The notes under the pieces: generated by a model | What the model saw: the letters and a program-made list of their open reading frames with translations, nothing else | The model's database searches: none | Told to the model about the DNA's origin: nothing | Source of the DNA: a virus | Length of the DNA stretch: 64,000 bases | IMG/VR virus record: IMGVR_UViG_3300008117_000088 | Location: 1 to 64,000 of that record | Direction: 5' to 3' (one strand) | Program-made: the position numbers and the translations under genes | Shown: positions 1-8,124 of the stretch, in pieces | Layout of the letters: each line of letters begins with the position of its first letter | Numbering within the stretch: position 1 is the first letter of the stretch

Positions 1-110
1 AAGATCGCTTCCCGGATTTGCACGTTCATAAGACTTACGTCCTTTTTCATTTAGACCGCCTTTTTGATTTTTTCCTTCTTTGCGGGTCCATGCAGCAGTT
101 TTAGTAGCCA

Positions 111-506
111 TTAGATATACCTGTCCCTGTCTATATCCGCTTCAGCGGGTTTTAAGTCTAACTTAGGATTGTTTTCCATTGATCTACGAATTCTGTTTTC
201 TTTGCTACCGTACACGGGAGCGTTATTAGGGGCCTCTTCCATCAACCCTCTAAACTGTTGAGATCCCGGAGTATTAAGTTGTCGTTGGGCCCAATCTTGG
301 TCAATCTTGTCAGCAACCTTCGGATCAACCTTAGCAACCTTGTTTTCTGACATATGTTTTAATATTTCAGAAGCTGCATCTGGATGATAGTTCATTTTTA
401 CAGCCCTAGACGTCAAAGCCTTTTTTGCGGAATGGTCTTGCTTTCCAGTAGCCATTTGACTTAAGGTGCGCCCTTTGTACATGGAAACTTTTTTCTGTCT
501 AGGCAT
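111..506 (-). CDS. hypothetical basic protein (possible virion internal protein)
   Basis: ORF track; stop/start coupled to 506-706; K/R-rich. Confidence 0.6.
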   Translation of the reverse strand: MPRQKKVSMYKGRTLSQMATGKQDHSAKKALTSRAVKMNYHPDAASEILKHMSENKVAKVDPKVADKIDQDWAQRQLNTPGSQQFRGLMEEAPNNAPVYGSKENRIRRSMENNPKLDLKPAEADIDRDRYI

Positions 507-706
507 TATCGTCCCAACATATCTGTAGCTTGTTCAGAGACTTGATAGCGACCGAATGATGGACGTACACCGCCATAGATTCCGCCTTGAATAGAACGTG
601 TTCCATAGAACTCTTTCGCCCGAGACGACCCTGTACGTACACCTTCACCAAATGCACGTTCTTCACGTGTGCGTCCTAGTGCAGGATCTTTAATCTTCTT
701 TTTCAT
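506..706 (-). CDS. small basic hypothetical protein
   Basis: ORF track; operon-like packing. Confidence 0.55.
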   Translation of the reverse strand: MKKKIKDPALGRTREERAFGEGVRTGSSRAKEFYGTRSIQGGIYGGVRPSFGRYQVSEQATDMLGR

Positions 707-833
707 ACTTCTTCACAACTCCTGCATGTTGTGGTCCCCACATGCGCTCGCCGGGTTGAGTCTGTTCTTCTTTCTTTGCTTTGTAATCTGCCATTGAGAT
801 TACTTTGCCAAATTGAGTCTTGTTAGGTTCCAT
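690..833 (-). CDS. 47-aa hypothetical protein MEPNKTQFGKVISMADYKAKKEEQ...
   Basis: Translated by hand; TAATG coupling to upstream ORF at 833. Confidence 0.55.
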   Translation of the reverse strand: MEPNKTQFGKVISMADYKAKKEEQTQPGERMWGPQHAGVVKKYEKED

Positions 834-1201
834 TACTTGCTCTTCTTTAATGCACGTTGTGCGTTAGAACGCTTATTAGGATTCCATTGTGCCCATTGGA
901 TCATCTTCTGACGCTTCTTTTCTTTCTCAGCATCACTCTTTGCTCCACCCTTGCCTGTTACAGGACGGGCCTTTTGCCATTTGCCAACTTGTGCATCTCT
1001 TGCCTTAGTACCGGAACGAGTATTAGTTGTGGTTGCTACGAAATCTGGACTATTAGGATCAGTCTCAGCAAGAGCTTTCTTTGCATTTGCTTTGCGATTT
1101 GGATTGGCCATGGCCCACTGACGCCAGGTTTCACCTGTGCCTGTTTTAGGGGAAGAGTTCTTCCAGTCAGAGTTATCTACGCGGTCAGATTTCTTAGGCA
1201 T
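833..1201 (-). CDS. basic hypothetical protein with internal repeat (QWAxxNPNxxxNAxxAL twice)
   Basis: ORF track; TAAACT 6 nt upstream of ATG. Confidence 0.65.
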   Translation of the reverse strand: MPKKSDRVDNSDWKNSSPKTGTGETWRQWAMANPNRKANAKKALAETDPNSPDFVATTTNTRSGTKARDAQVGKWQKARPVTGKGGAKSDAEKEKKRQKMIQWAQWNPNKRSNAQRALKKSK

Positions 1202-1210
1202 GGAATAAGT

Positions 1211-1432
1211 TTACTTATCTAAAGGGGCGTCGTATGCCTTAATAGCTGCTATGAGATTTTGACGTATCTCAATAAAGCGCTCTGGGTGGTGGTTTATGAA
1301 ATGCTCAACCACAGACTTGACGCTTTTAGGAGGAGGCAGACAGCCGTTATTAAAGTCCCTATGGATGAGTCTTTGTAGATCGCCTACTTCATCATCCCGG
1401 TCTTCTTGCTCCATAAGCCATACCATGAACAT
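1211..1432 (-). CDS. YozE/SAM-like small protein
   Basis: F-x-x-WL-x-x-Q-x-DRDD-x-VGDL pattern recalled from YozE-like phage proteins. Confidence 0.5.
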   Translation of the reverse strand: MFMVWLMEQEDRDDEVGDLQRLIHRDFNNGCLPPPKSVKSVVEHFINHHPERFIEIRQNLIAAIKAYDAPLDK

Positions 1433-1469
1433 GGCATATAGGGTAAGTCAGCAAGGGGCTGAATTTGGT

Positions 1470-1670
1470 CTAAATCTTTTCGCATTCTGTGCGGATGTAG
1501 TCACGCAACTCAAATATTAATTCATCTGCTTCCATAGTGTCTTCATAGCCTTGTTCTTCAAGGTATTCGAAGAAATCACGAGATCCAACAAGGATAGGTA
1601 ACTCTCCGAGATCCGGATGCCAGATAACACCAATAATGTCATCTCTTTCAACAATAAACGGCTCTTTCAT
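1470..1670 (-). CDS. acidic hypothetical protein
   Basis: ORF track, start trimmed to ATG coupled with upstream stop (TAATG at 1670). Confidence 0.55.
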   Translation of the reverse strand: MKEPFIVERDDIIGVIWHPDLGELPILVGSRDFFEYLEEQGYEDTMEADELIFELRDYIRTECEKI

Positions 1671-1825
1671 TAATAACCTCCAAGGCATTGATCTGAATGC
1701 GTATGTATCCAGCGGGACTCATTGTACGCTTCCTTATTCGGAGCATATAACCAGAATCCACAAGCGCCACATTGACCACTCCACTCTTCCGCAAAGAAGT
1801 CGTACTCCATAAGCTTGTATCGCAT
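1670..1825 (-). CDS. 51-aa Zn-binding hypothetical protein (CGAC...HTH...C)
   Basis: Translated by hand: MRYKLMEYDFFAEEWSGQCGACGFWLYAP...HTHSDQCLGGY. Confidence 0.55.
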   Translation of the reverse strand: MRYKLMEYDFFAEEWSGQCGACGFWLYAPNKEAYNESRWIHTHSDQCLGGY

Positions 1826-1900
1826 GGGGGCCGACTCTACTCCCTAGGCTACTGTGTGACAAATTGAGGTGTTACCTACATTTGAGACCTGGCCCCCCTT

Positions 1901-1999
1901 TGTGATTTTGGCCACATTTAACCCTGGGGGGGTCAGCTTTGTGAGATGCGCCACATTATTACAAACCTACTTCCGCTAACTCAGCGTGTCTGCCATAGT
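1901..1999 (+). promoter_or_regulatory. early promoter module 1 with two CRP-like boxes
   Basis: TGTGA-N6-CCACA at 1901-1916 and 1940-1955; AAACCTAC; TTCCGC (1971)-17 bp-CATAGT (1994). Confidence 0.7.
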
Positions 2000-2041
2000 T
2001 CAACCATCAACACCGACCGAGTGTTGGTAAAGGGGCAACAA

Positions 2042-2326
2042 ATGGCAATCACAGCAGAAAACGCAAAGCGCATGATGTTAATCACCTCAAGCGCAAACCT
2101 CAGCGACGAGGACTTCCCGTTCTTTCGCAATCACATCACATCATTCAGCGAGTGGCTGGTATCCGAGGCAATCAACGACCTAGTGCGACTAGGTGTAGAT
2201 AAAGACCTTGCTTCCTCAATGCTCAACACCATCTCCCACATCTCAAGCATGGCGGGCGCAACCAATCTCTTTGATTACGGCGTGAGTGCCACAATCTTTG
2301 AGGAAAACGGACTTCGTGATGCGTAG
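2042..2326 (+). CDS. early hypothetical protein
   Basis: SD AAGGGG before ATG 2042. Confidence 0.7.
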   Translation: MAITAENAKRMMLITSSANLSDEDFPFFRNHITSFSEWLVSEAINDLVRLGVDKDLASSMLNTISHISSMAGATNLFDYGVSATIFEENGLRDA

Positions 2327-2480
2327 TCCTACTTACTATCGAATTCGAACACTTGTTCGGGTCTTATTCTGGACATCATTAGTCATAGGTATCTATTACC
2401 TAGCCACTCACATCAACTGGGTTGGCGATGGATACTGCTGGGGAACAATCACCGAGTGCTTCTTCGAGGAGGGGAAATGA
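2319..2480 (+). CDS. small membrane protein
   Basis: Hydrophobic segment LVRVLFWTSLVIGIYYLA; overlaps upstream stop. Confidence 0.65.
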   Translation: MRSPTYYRIRTLVRVLFWTSLVIGIYYLATHINWVGDGYCWGTITECFFEEGK

Positions 2481-2587
2481 CAGACGGCGAGATGATTGAC
2501 CAAATCATGGAATGGATCAACACGGACGGCGAACAGCTATCTGATGAAGATGTCATGAACAACATTAGGGAAATGCTCAAACAATAG
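2477..2587 (+). CDS. 36-aa acidic protein MTDGEMIDQIMEWINTDGEQLSDEDVMNNIREMLKQ
   Basis: ATGA overlap; SD GGAGGGG. Confidence 0.65.
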   Translation: MTDGEMIDQIMEWINTDGEQLSDEDVMNNIREMLKQ

Positions 2588-2602
2588 AGTTGCCCCACAA
2601 CA

Positions 2603-2634
2603 GCGGAGCGCCTGCCAATCGGTGGGCGCTTCGT
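2603..2634 (+). terminator. hairpin ending cassette 1
   Basis: GCGGAGCGCCTGCC-AATC-GGTGGGCGCTTCGT. Confidence 0.6.
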
Positions 2635-2648
2635 CTTGCTCGGCGAAA

Positions 2649-2789
2649 TGTTTGTGTTGGTCAGCCCACCCACCCTGACTCAACCCTAAAGGGAATAGGG
2701 GGGAGAGAAGCTCGAACAGATGTTCGGCCAGGAATGTGATGTAGATAACAACAAAGCCTATTCCGCTAACTGTGAGAAAGTGAGAAGGT
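2649..2789 (+). promoter_or_regulatory. early module 2
   Basis: TGTTTGTGTTGG 2649; CCCACCCACCC 2665; TGTGA-N6-TAACA 2735; TTCCGC 2761-17-GAAGGT 2784. Confidence 0.75.
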
Positions 2790-2837
2790 TCTCCTATCGG
2801 TGAAACAGAAGTAGCCGATAAGAAAGAAGGGGCAAAG

Positions 2838-3302
2838 ATGACCAAAGTCATCACTTACGGCTCAGCAGTAGAAGCGATAGACGCTCTCATGCTGGAGCAT
2901 GTAAATAACGCACCACTATCAGCAGACCTCGCTGAAGTTGTGGCGTTCGCAGTAAATAACGACCTACAAGTTCGGGATTATATTCTCGGATTACTACCTG
3001 ATGTTCTAACGGCACAAGGAGCGATTAGTTTCGTATCCGACCTGTTGCCACTCGTAGCGGAAGCCGACCGAGTTCCGTTCTACTCCGTATTATCCGCCTT
3101 CTACTCTGAAGCAGGGGATAACGACCTCGCCCACGCTTCACTATTCACAGCGCAGAGTCTAAATCCTGATTACTCTCTCGCTAAGTTGCTCTCTCGGGTT
3201 CTTGCCTCGGGTATGCCAATGGATTTCGCAAGCATGCGTGCGGAACTTCATCCGAAGGTTGTCGAAACCCTTACGGAGAATAGGGAACTGGTCATTTCCT
3301 AG
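2838..3302 (+). CDS. helical hypothetical protein (possibly DUF4192-like)
   Basis: SD GAAGGGG; VRD and YSLAKLL..L..G.P pattern. Confidence 0.65.
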   Translation: MTKVITYGSAVEAIDALMLEHVNNAPLSADLAEVVAFAVNNDLQVRDYILGLLPDVLTAQGAISFVSDLLPLVAEADRVPFYSVLSAFYSEAGDNDLAHASLFTAQSLNPDYSLAKLLSRVLASGMPMDFASMRAELHPKVVETLTENRELVIS

Positions 3303-3310
3303 AACTCACG

Positions 3311-3342
3311 CCGACCCCCACTCGCAAGGGTGGGGGGTTCGG
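3311..3342 (+). terminator. GC-rich hairpin with GCAA loop
   Basis: CCGACCCCCACTC-GCAA-GGGTGGGGGGTTCGG. Confidence 0.6.
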
Positions 3343-3371
3343 TGGATCGCGCCGGCCGCAGCTCGCGCAAA

Positions 3372-3494
3372 TGTTTGTGTTGAGACCCGCCCACCCTAGT
3401 CTCTGACTTACTTCGTAAGGGAGTTGTTGAGAGAGTTCGTGTGGCGCACATCACATCAAACCTACTTACGCTAACTAACGAGATAAGCAAAACT
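3372..3494 (+). promoter_or_regulatory. early module 3
   Basis: TGTTTGTGTTG 3372; CCCGCCCACCC 3386; TGTGG-N6-TCACA 3440; TTACGC 3466-17-AAAACT 3489. Confidence 0.75.
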
Positions 3495-3532
3495 AAGAGT
3501 GTTGGTGAAGGTCATCAACGGAAGGGGCAGTA

Positions 3533-3910
3533 ATGAAAGTAAAAGTGCCTGTAAATCTGGTAATCGCTGGTCTGGAACGCAGAGTAGCAGAAAACCGAGA
3601 GGTATCAGCACGCAACCAAATCGTTCGTGATAAATACGAGCAAGACAAAAAATCATGGGCAGAAGCGGTTGGCAAACTACCACTAGAAATAGATGATGTT
3701 AGTTATTCCACATGGCGAAACTCAGTATCTATTTCTTACAAAGTTCCAAACGGAACACGCATACCTGATGAACCACGACTTGGCGATTTAGAAAGCGAGT
3801 TGGGTAGCCATGAGGTTGATGAAATCGCTAATGCTGTTCGTATCTTAGGCATGAGCGAAGATGAGTATGTATCAGCAAGCACCATGAAGGAAATCGGAAG
3901 GTATCTCTAA
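3533..3910 (+). CDS. early hypothetical protein
   Basis: SD GAAGGGG; ORF track. Confidence 0.75.
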   Translation: MKVKVPVNLVIAGLERRVAENREVSARNQIVRDKYEQDKKSWAEAVGKLPLEIDDVSYSTWRNSVSISYKVPNGTRIPDEPRLGDLESELGSHEVDEIANAVRILGMSEDEYVSASTMKEIGRYL

Positions 3911-4395
3911 TGGGGTTGGACATGTATCTAGGCGCTCGCTCTACAAATAGCGAGTATCAAGAGTTGGGTTATTGGCGCAAGGCTAACGCTGTTCATGGTT
4001 GGTTCGTTCGTGAGTGCGCTAATGGATTAGATGAGTGCCAAGAGATTTTTGTATCTCGTGAGCAACTTCTAAAACTCCGTTCGGATTGTAATAATGCTCT
4101 CGCAAACCGAGAGAACGCAGTTCCGAATAATGAGGACAATGTAGTTATCAAGCAACCTGTTGGTAGCGGTCAAGACCTTGCTCAGTTCATCATGGAGAAC
4201 ATGAAAGCCGAGCAACAAAAGATTGGCACTACTCTGGTGAGTGATGACCCACTTCAGCCAACGGCTGGTTTCTTCTTCGGCTCAACCGAGAAAGATGAGT
4301 GGTATTACAACGACCTGATGGAAACCATTGACATCATAGATAAGGCGCTCGCCTTAGGTGATGATTGGCAAGTTATCTACCAAGCAAGTTGGTAG
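3910..4395 (+). CDS. conserved phage protein (MGLDMYL...YWRKANAVHGWF...YQASW family)
   Basis: Recognisable conserved phage motif; TAATG coupling. Confidence 0.8.
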   Translation: MGLDMYLGARSTNSEYQELGYWRKANAVHGWFVRECANGLDECQEIFVSREQLLKLRSDCNNALANRENAVPNNEDNVVIKQPVGSGQDLAQFIMENMKAEQQKIGTTLVSDDPLQPTAGFFFGSTEKDEWYYNDLMETIDIIDKALALGDDWQVIYQASW

Positions 4396-4404
4396 GTTGC
4401 CCCA

Positions 4405-4439
4405 AGCGAGTTGCCCCCGAAAGGGGGCGCTCGTTTTTT
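4405..4439 (+). terminator. intrinsic terminator
   Basis: GCCCCC-GAAA-GGGGGC stem plus T-run. Confidence 0.8.
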
Positions 4440-4464
4440 AGGGAACGCCAAACCCGAAGCCACT

Positions 4465-4582
4465 TGTTTGTGTTGGCTCCCACCCACCCTGAGCCTGATC
4501 CCTAAAGGGATAGGGAAAGAGAGCTCGTGTGATGTGGATCACTACAAAGCCTATTGTGCTAACTAGTGCTAGGCATTAGATT
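4465..4582 (+). promoter_or_regulatory. early module 4
   Basis: TGTTTGTGTTGG 4465; CCCACCCACCC 4479; TGTGA-N6-TCACT 4528; TTGTGC 4554-17-TAGATT 4577. Confidence 0.75.
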
Positions 4583-4619
4583 GGGTCTAGTTAGGAGATA
4601 CCTAACGGAAGGGGCAGAC

Positions 4620-4721
4620 ATGATGCTAATGGCGACATGTGTAGAGTGCGAGAGGGTGTTCAACCTTCTTGATGAGAATGATGCGAATGAGGTGGCATAT
4701 GGACACGATTGTGAGTCCTGA
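4620..4721 (+). CDS. 33-aa Zn-binding micro-protein (CVEC...GHDC)
   Basis: SD GAAGGGG; MMLMATCVECERVFNLLDENDANEVAYGHDCES. Confidence 0.7.
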   Translation: MMLMATCVECERVFNLLDENDANEVAYGHDCES

Positions 4722-4929
4722 GTCTCAAAAGTTTTACTCTAAGTATTATGGCGATTTAGTGGGCGCCACGATTCTTAGTTATGACGGGATGGTAGAGGAT
4801 GAGTTTGGAATGTATCCATTCCCTACATTTACTGTCCGGTTCAAGGATGGGCAGAAAGGTCAGATTCAGATCTATGCTGATGAGGAGGGTAATGGTGGCG
4901 GGTTCATCTCCGGATTAGCCTTGCCATAG
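4699..4929 (+). CDS. hypothetical protein (DEEGNGGG motif)
   Basis: ORF track; start either 4699 or GTG 4711. Confidence 0.65.
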   Translation: MDTIVSPESQKFYSKYYGDLVGATILSYDGMVEDEFGMYPFPTFTVRFKDGQKGQIQIYADEEGNGGGFISGLALP

Positions 4930-4938
4930 TAGATTTCG

Positions 4939-5037
4939 AGGTAGGTGCGTCAAAGCGGTTTATTTCCTTTCTTGCTCCCGCCAAGCGCATTCATGATCCG
5001 CCACACTTCTCGGGGAGATGTAGCTGCGTGCCTACCT
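4939..5037 (+). ncRNA. candidate structured 3'-UTR/small RNA
   Basis: AGGTAGGTGCG (4939) can pair with CGTGCCTACCT (5027), enclosing further stems and a pyrimidine loop. Confidence 0.35.
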
Positions 5038-5070
5038 ATTCCACAGCTGAGGCCGCCGGCCGCGGGGAAA

Positions 5071-5184
5071 GTTTGTGTTGGCCCACCCGCCCCGTTAAGG
5101 GAGTTGTTGTTATTCAGCTGTGATTCAAATCACAAGAGAAACTTTACAAACCTACTACCACGAAAGAGATATACATGAGAAGGT
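5071..5184 (+). promoter_or_regulatory. early module 5
   Basis: GTTTGTGTTGG 5071; CCCACCCGCCCC 5082; perfect TGTGA-N6-TCACA 5119; TACCAC 5156-17-GAAGGT. Confidence 0.7.
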
Positions 5185-5223
5185 TCACCTACCTAGTCAG
5201 GGCGACTAGAGAAAGAAGGGGTT

Positions 5224-5832
5224 ATGGGTTATTACATTGACCTAGTAGATGCAGAGTGGGAGATAACTGAATCTCCTGAATCTCTTGCAACTATTAGAGA
5301 GATGCCAACTAAATACCATGCTATTAAGCGTGGTGGCTCATCCAATGGCGAGAAGTGGTTCTCCTGGATGAATGATACTGATATCGAAACCGCGGAGACT
5401 GTAGAGAGTGTCTTCAATCAACTCGGATTCGAGACTGAAAAAGTAGACGGCGGGTTCAAACTTGCTTACTACAATAGCAAAACTGGTCAAGAAGATTTAT
5501 TTTTGGCGGTTATGGCTCCCTTTACCAAGGATGGTTCATACATTGAATGGCGAGGTGAGGACGGCGCGTTATGGAAGTTTGAAATCCACAACGGTCGCAT
5601 GTTTCGCTCCGAGTCTGAGATTATCTGGACCAACTCCCAACCGTATTCTTACTGGCACTATGATTTAGAGCCAGCAACAATGCAAGGACGTCAGATTAAT
5701 ATTGACCCACTTGCTCCCGCTGATGAGTTAGCGCAAGCGCTCAAAACTGCTAAAGAATGGGATGATGCGGACCAGGCATACTATGCCAAACTCCGTGCTG
5801 AACGTGAAGAGGCAGAGAAAGCCAACGCGTGA
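5224..5832 (+). CDS. early hypothetical protein (GSYIEWRGEDG motif)
   Basis: SD GAAGGGG; ORF track. Confidence 0.75.
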   Translation: MGYYIDLVDAEWEITESPESLATIREMPTKYHAIKRGGSSNGEKWFSWMNDTDIETAETVESVFNQLGFETEKVDGGFKLAYYNSKTGQEDLFLAVMAPFTKDGSYIEWRGEDGALWKFEIHNGRMFRSESEIIWTNSQPYSYWHYDLEPATMQGRQINIDPLAPADELAQALKTAKEWDDADQAYYAKLRAEREEAEKANA

Positions 5833-5963
5833 GAACTTTGCACGTATGTTGCTCGCACATACAGCATGAGAACTATTGCCCATGCTGTATGAGCGAGTGC
5901 GAAGCAGAGAAGGATTCTGGAATGCAAGGTCCTTACTGCAAGTGCAACAGATGTAGCAGCTAA
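5829..5963 (+). CDS. possible 44-aa Cys-rich micro-protein
   Basis: GTGA overlap; 9 Cys; overlaps strong hairpin 5851-5898. Confidence 0.4.
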   Translation: MRTLHVCCSHIQHENYCPCCMSECEAEKDSGMQGPYCKCNRCSS

Positions 5964-6001
5964 GGCTGCTGATGATCCAAGCTATGCCCCGCTAGGATCC
6001 A

Positions 6002-6041
6002 AACGAGCTCGGCCGCTGCCCCGGCCGGGCATCGTTTTTTT
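6002..6041 (+). terminator. intrinsic terminator
   Basis: CTCGGCCG-loop-CGGCCGGG stem plus T7. Confidence 0.75.
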
Positions 6042-6073
6042 AGGGCGCCAAATCTTATTTCCCGAATGCCTAA

Positions 6074-6210
6074 TGTTTGTGTTGGCCCGCCCTCCCCATT
6101 TATATACTAGGGAATATTCATATATTCATTCAGCTGCTGAAGAGAGCTGCAGTCATGTGATGTAAATCACTACAGACCTACTTACGCTAAAAGAGAGATG
6201 GACCTATGGT
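6074..6210 (+). promoter_or_regulatory. early module 6
   Basis: TGTTTGTGTTGG 6074; CCCGCCCTCCCC 6086; TGTGA-N6-TCACT 6156; TTACGC 6182-17-TATGGT 6205. Confidence 0.75.
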
Positions 6211-6253
6211 TCAGTCACTGGTTACAGATAGTAACTAAGTGAAGGGATAGAGA

Positions 6254-6508
6254 ATGCGTACTCTGAGAGAGATAGCGCTGGAGATAGATTGGGAATGCCG
6301 GGGTAAGTCTTGGTATCCATATGCAGAAGCATATGTCACTCCCATGATGTCACTCGATACCATGCAAGACCGGTACTTCGAGGATTCAGCAGAATCAATA
6401 GTCTCCTATGCACTGGCTAATCTCCAGTCATGGAGAGGAGACAATGCCCGTCGAATTAAGGCGGAACTCAATGCAATGCTCAAGTCAGCAAGGAAGGTGA
6501 ATGCATGA
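6254..6508 (+). CDS. conserved phage early protein (WRGDNARRIKAEL motif)
   Basis: SD GAAGGG; recognisable small phage family. Confidence 0.75.
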   Translation: MRTLREIALEIDWECRGKSWYPYAEAYVTPMMSLDTMQDRYFEDSAESIVSYALANLQSWRGDNARRIKAELNAMLKSARKVNA

Positions 6509-6957
6509 CAGCTGAGACATACAATCCGCATCAGCTAGTAACGTTGCGGGATATCAATGACGGGGCCGAAAGCTTCGTCATCCATAAAGCTACAGACCTC
6601 GAGTGGAAGCTCGAGACAGCTAAGCTCAATCGCCGGGAGCTGGATACAGCTCAAGCTAAGATTGGAGCTATCACTTCGGAGATGACCAGTGAAAGCTGGT
6701 ATCACTCGAATACAGATAAAGATGAAGTACTAAGTAAGCTCGAAGAGATTCTGGGCGTCAACCCTACAGCTACGATCAGCATCACAGCTACGATCGAGGT
6801 GTTCATTACAGCTGAGGTGCCGCTGAAAGAGCTCGACAGCTTCGATTCAGATTCACTGATCCACGACTCGATCACGATAGATGCGAGCGCTTGGGGATCA
6901 GAAGTCAATGTAGATGACTGGAATCTACAAAGCTCAGATTGGGAGGAACAGAGCTAA
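6505..6957 (+). CDS. acidic hypothetical protein (AGCT-saturated gene)
   Basis: ATGA overlap; ORF track. Confidence 0.7.
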   Translation: MTAETYNPHQLVTLRDINDGAESFVIHKATDLEWKLETAKLNRRELDTAQAKIGAITSEMTSESWYHSNTDKDEVLSKLEEILGVNPTATISITATIEVFITAEVPLKELDSFDSDSLIHDSITIDASAWGSEVNVDDWNLQSSDWEEQS

Positions 6958-7008
6958 CTCAGAGACAACGCACCCCGGGCCAGCTTCGCGGCGGCTCGGG
7001 GCTCGCGT

Positions 7009-7122
7009 TGTTTGTGTCGGCCCACCCACCCCATAGGGAATATATATAAGCTGCGGGCTCGGCCTGGTGTGAGATAGATCACTGCAAACCTACTTACACG
7101 TAGAGGGAGAGTCATATACCTT
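7009..7122 (+). promoter_or_regulatory. early module 7
   Basis: TGTTTGTGTCGG 7009; CCCACCCACCCC 7021; TGTGA-N6-TCACT 7068; TTACAC 7094-17-TACCTT 7117. Confidence 0.75.
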
Positions 7123-7144
7123 AAGCAATGAAGAGAGGGGTCTC

Positions 7145-7846
7145 ATGAAACTTAAACGGTCCAAAGATCGTAAAGTGGCTAATAGTCTTACTCCTAATGG
7201 GAAGACTGCAAGAATTGCTAATTCTTTCGGTTTACCCGCGGGGAGAGAGTACAGCTGCCCGGCGCAGACTTCAATTTGCGCTCGCATATGTTATGCCGGC
7301 AAGCTGGAGAAAATCTATCCAACAGTGCGTACTAACCTTATGCACAATTGGGAGATGCTTAAAGATGCAGATCATGACACGATGGAGAGTCTACTCGATG
7401 AGATGATTGTGGAATTCAAGGCGGAATGTGACAAGTGGTCCGCGCCTAAAGAATTTCGCATTCACTGGGACGGGGACTTCTTCTCCTCAGATTATGCATT
7501 CGCATGGAAGCATGTGATCATGAACCATCCGGACGTTCGCTTCTGGGTCTACACACGTGTAGAGTCTGCAGCTTATATGCTCCGGAACCTAGAGAATCTC
7601 ACTTTATACTTCTCCACTGATAAAGAGAATCTCGAAAGCGCTCAACGCCTACAGCGTGAAGGCGTGTTACTGGCAGGATTACACGATACTTTCGATCAAG
7701 CCAAGGATATGCTCCTGGCGCTAGGCGAGAGATCTGCAAAGTGTCCCGAGCAACGCAAGCAAATTCCCCTGGAAGGCGCCTGCATTGCATGCAAGATTTG
7801 CGTCAAGGGCACTAACAATATAACGTTCAGCATTACTAAGAGATAG
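7145..7846 (+). CDS. GP88-family protein (radical-SAM-like Cys motif)
   Basis: SFGLPAG...SCP...C..ICYA, RIHWDGDFF and WVYTR motifs. Confidence 0.75.
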   Translation: MKLKRSKDRKVANSLTPNGKTARIANSFGLPAGREYSCPAQTSICARICYAGKLEKIYPTVRTNLMHNWEMLKDADHDTMESLLDEMIVEFKAECDKWSAPKEFRIHWDGDFFSSDYAFAWKHVIMNHPDVRFWVYTRVESAAYMLRNLENLTLYFSTDKENLESAQRLQREGVLLAGLHDTFDQAKDMLLALGERSAKCPEQRKQIPLEGACIACKICVKGTNNITFSITKR

Positions 7847-7854
7847 GGATCAAT

Positions 7855-8124
7855 ATGGGATACACAACAGCGTTAGACTTAGCCGGCCAAATTCACCTGG
7901 ATCAAGGCCTGGCCCATCACTTAACCGGCAATCATTATCCGCCGGTACCGTTAACGATGGTCGATCCATGCAAAGCTGCAATCGATGCGTACCTGGATGA
8001 AGACTACGACCGGGAGATAGAGCTACCGGATCCAATTACGTATAAGGGCCGCACTACAGCGCCGGCACGGGCGATAGTAGATCAGCATCACTTGCACCCA
8101 TTCGTAGAATCACTGCAAGAATAA
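7855..8124 (+). CDS. conserved actinophage protein (HLTGNHYPPVP...HHL)
   Basis: ORF track; motif typical of small phage proteins. Confidence 0.7.
   Translation: MGYTTALDLAGQIHLDQGLAHHLTGNHYPPVPLTMVDPCKAAIDAYLDEDYDREIELPDPITYKGRTTAPARAIVDQHHLHPFVESLQE

Noticed and set aside
1946-2041. Long N-terminus of the first early ORF
   Set aside because: Overlaps the promoter; the SD supports ATG 2042.
4945-5178. 77-aa plus-strand ORF
   Set aside because: Runs across module 5 and a structured RNA region; no protein features.
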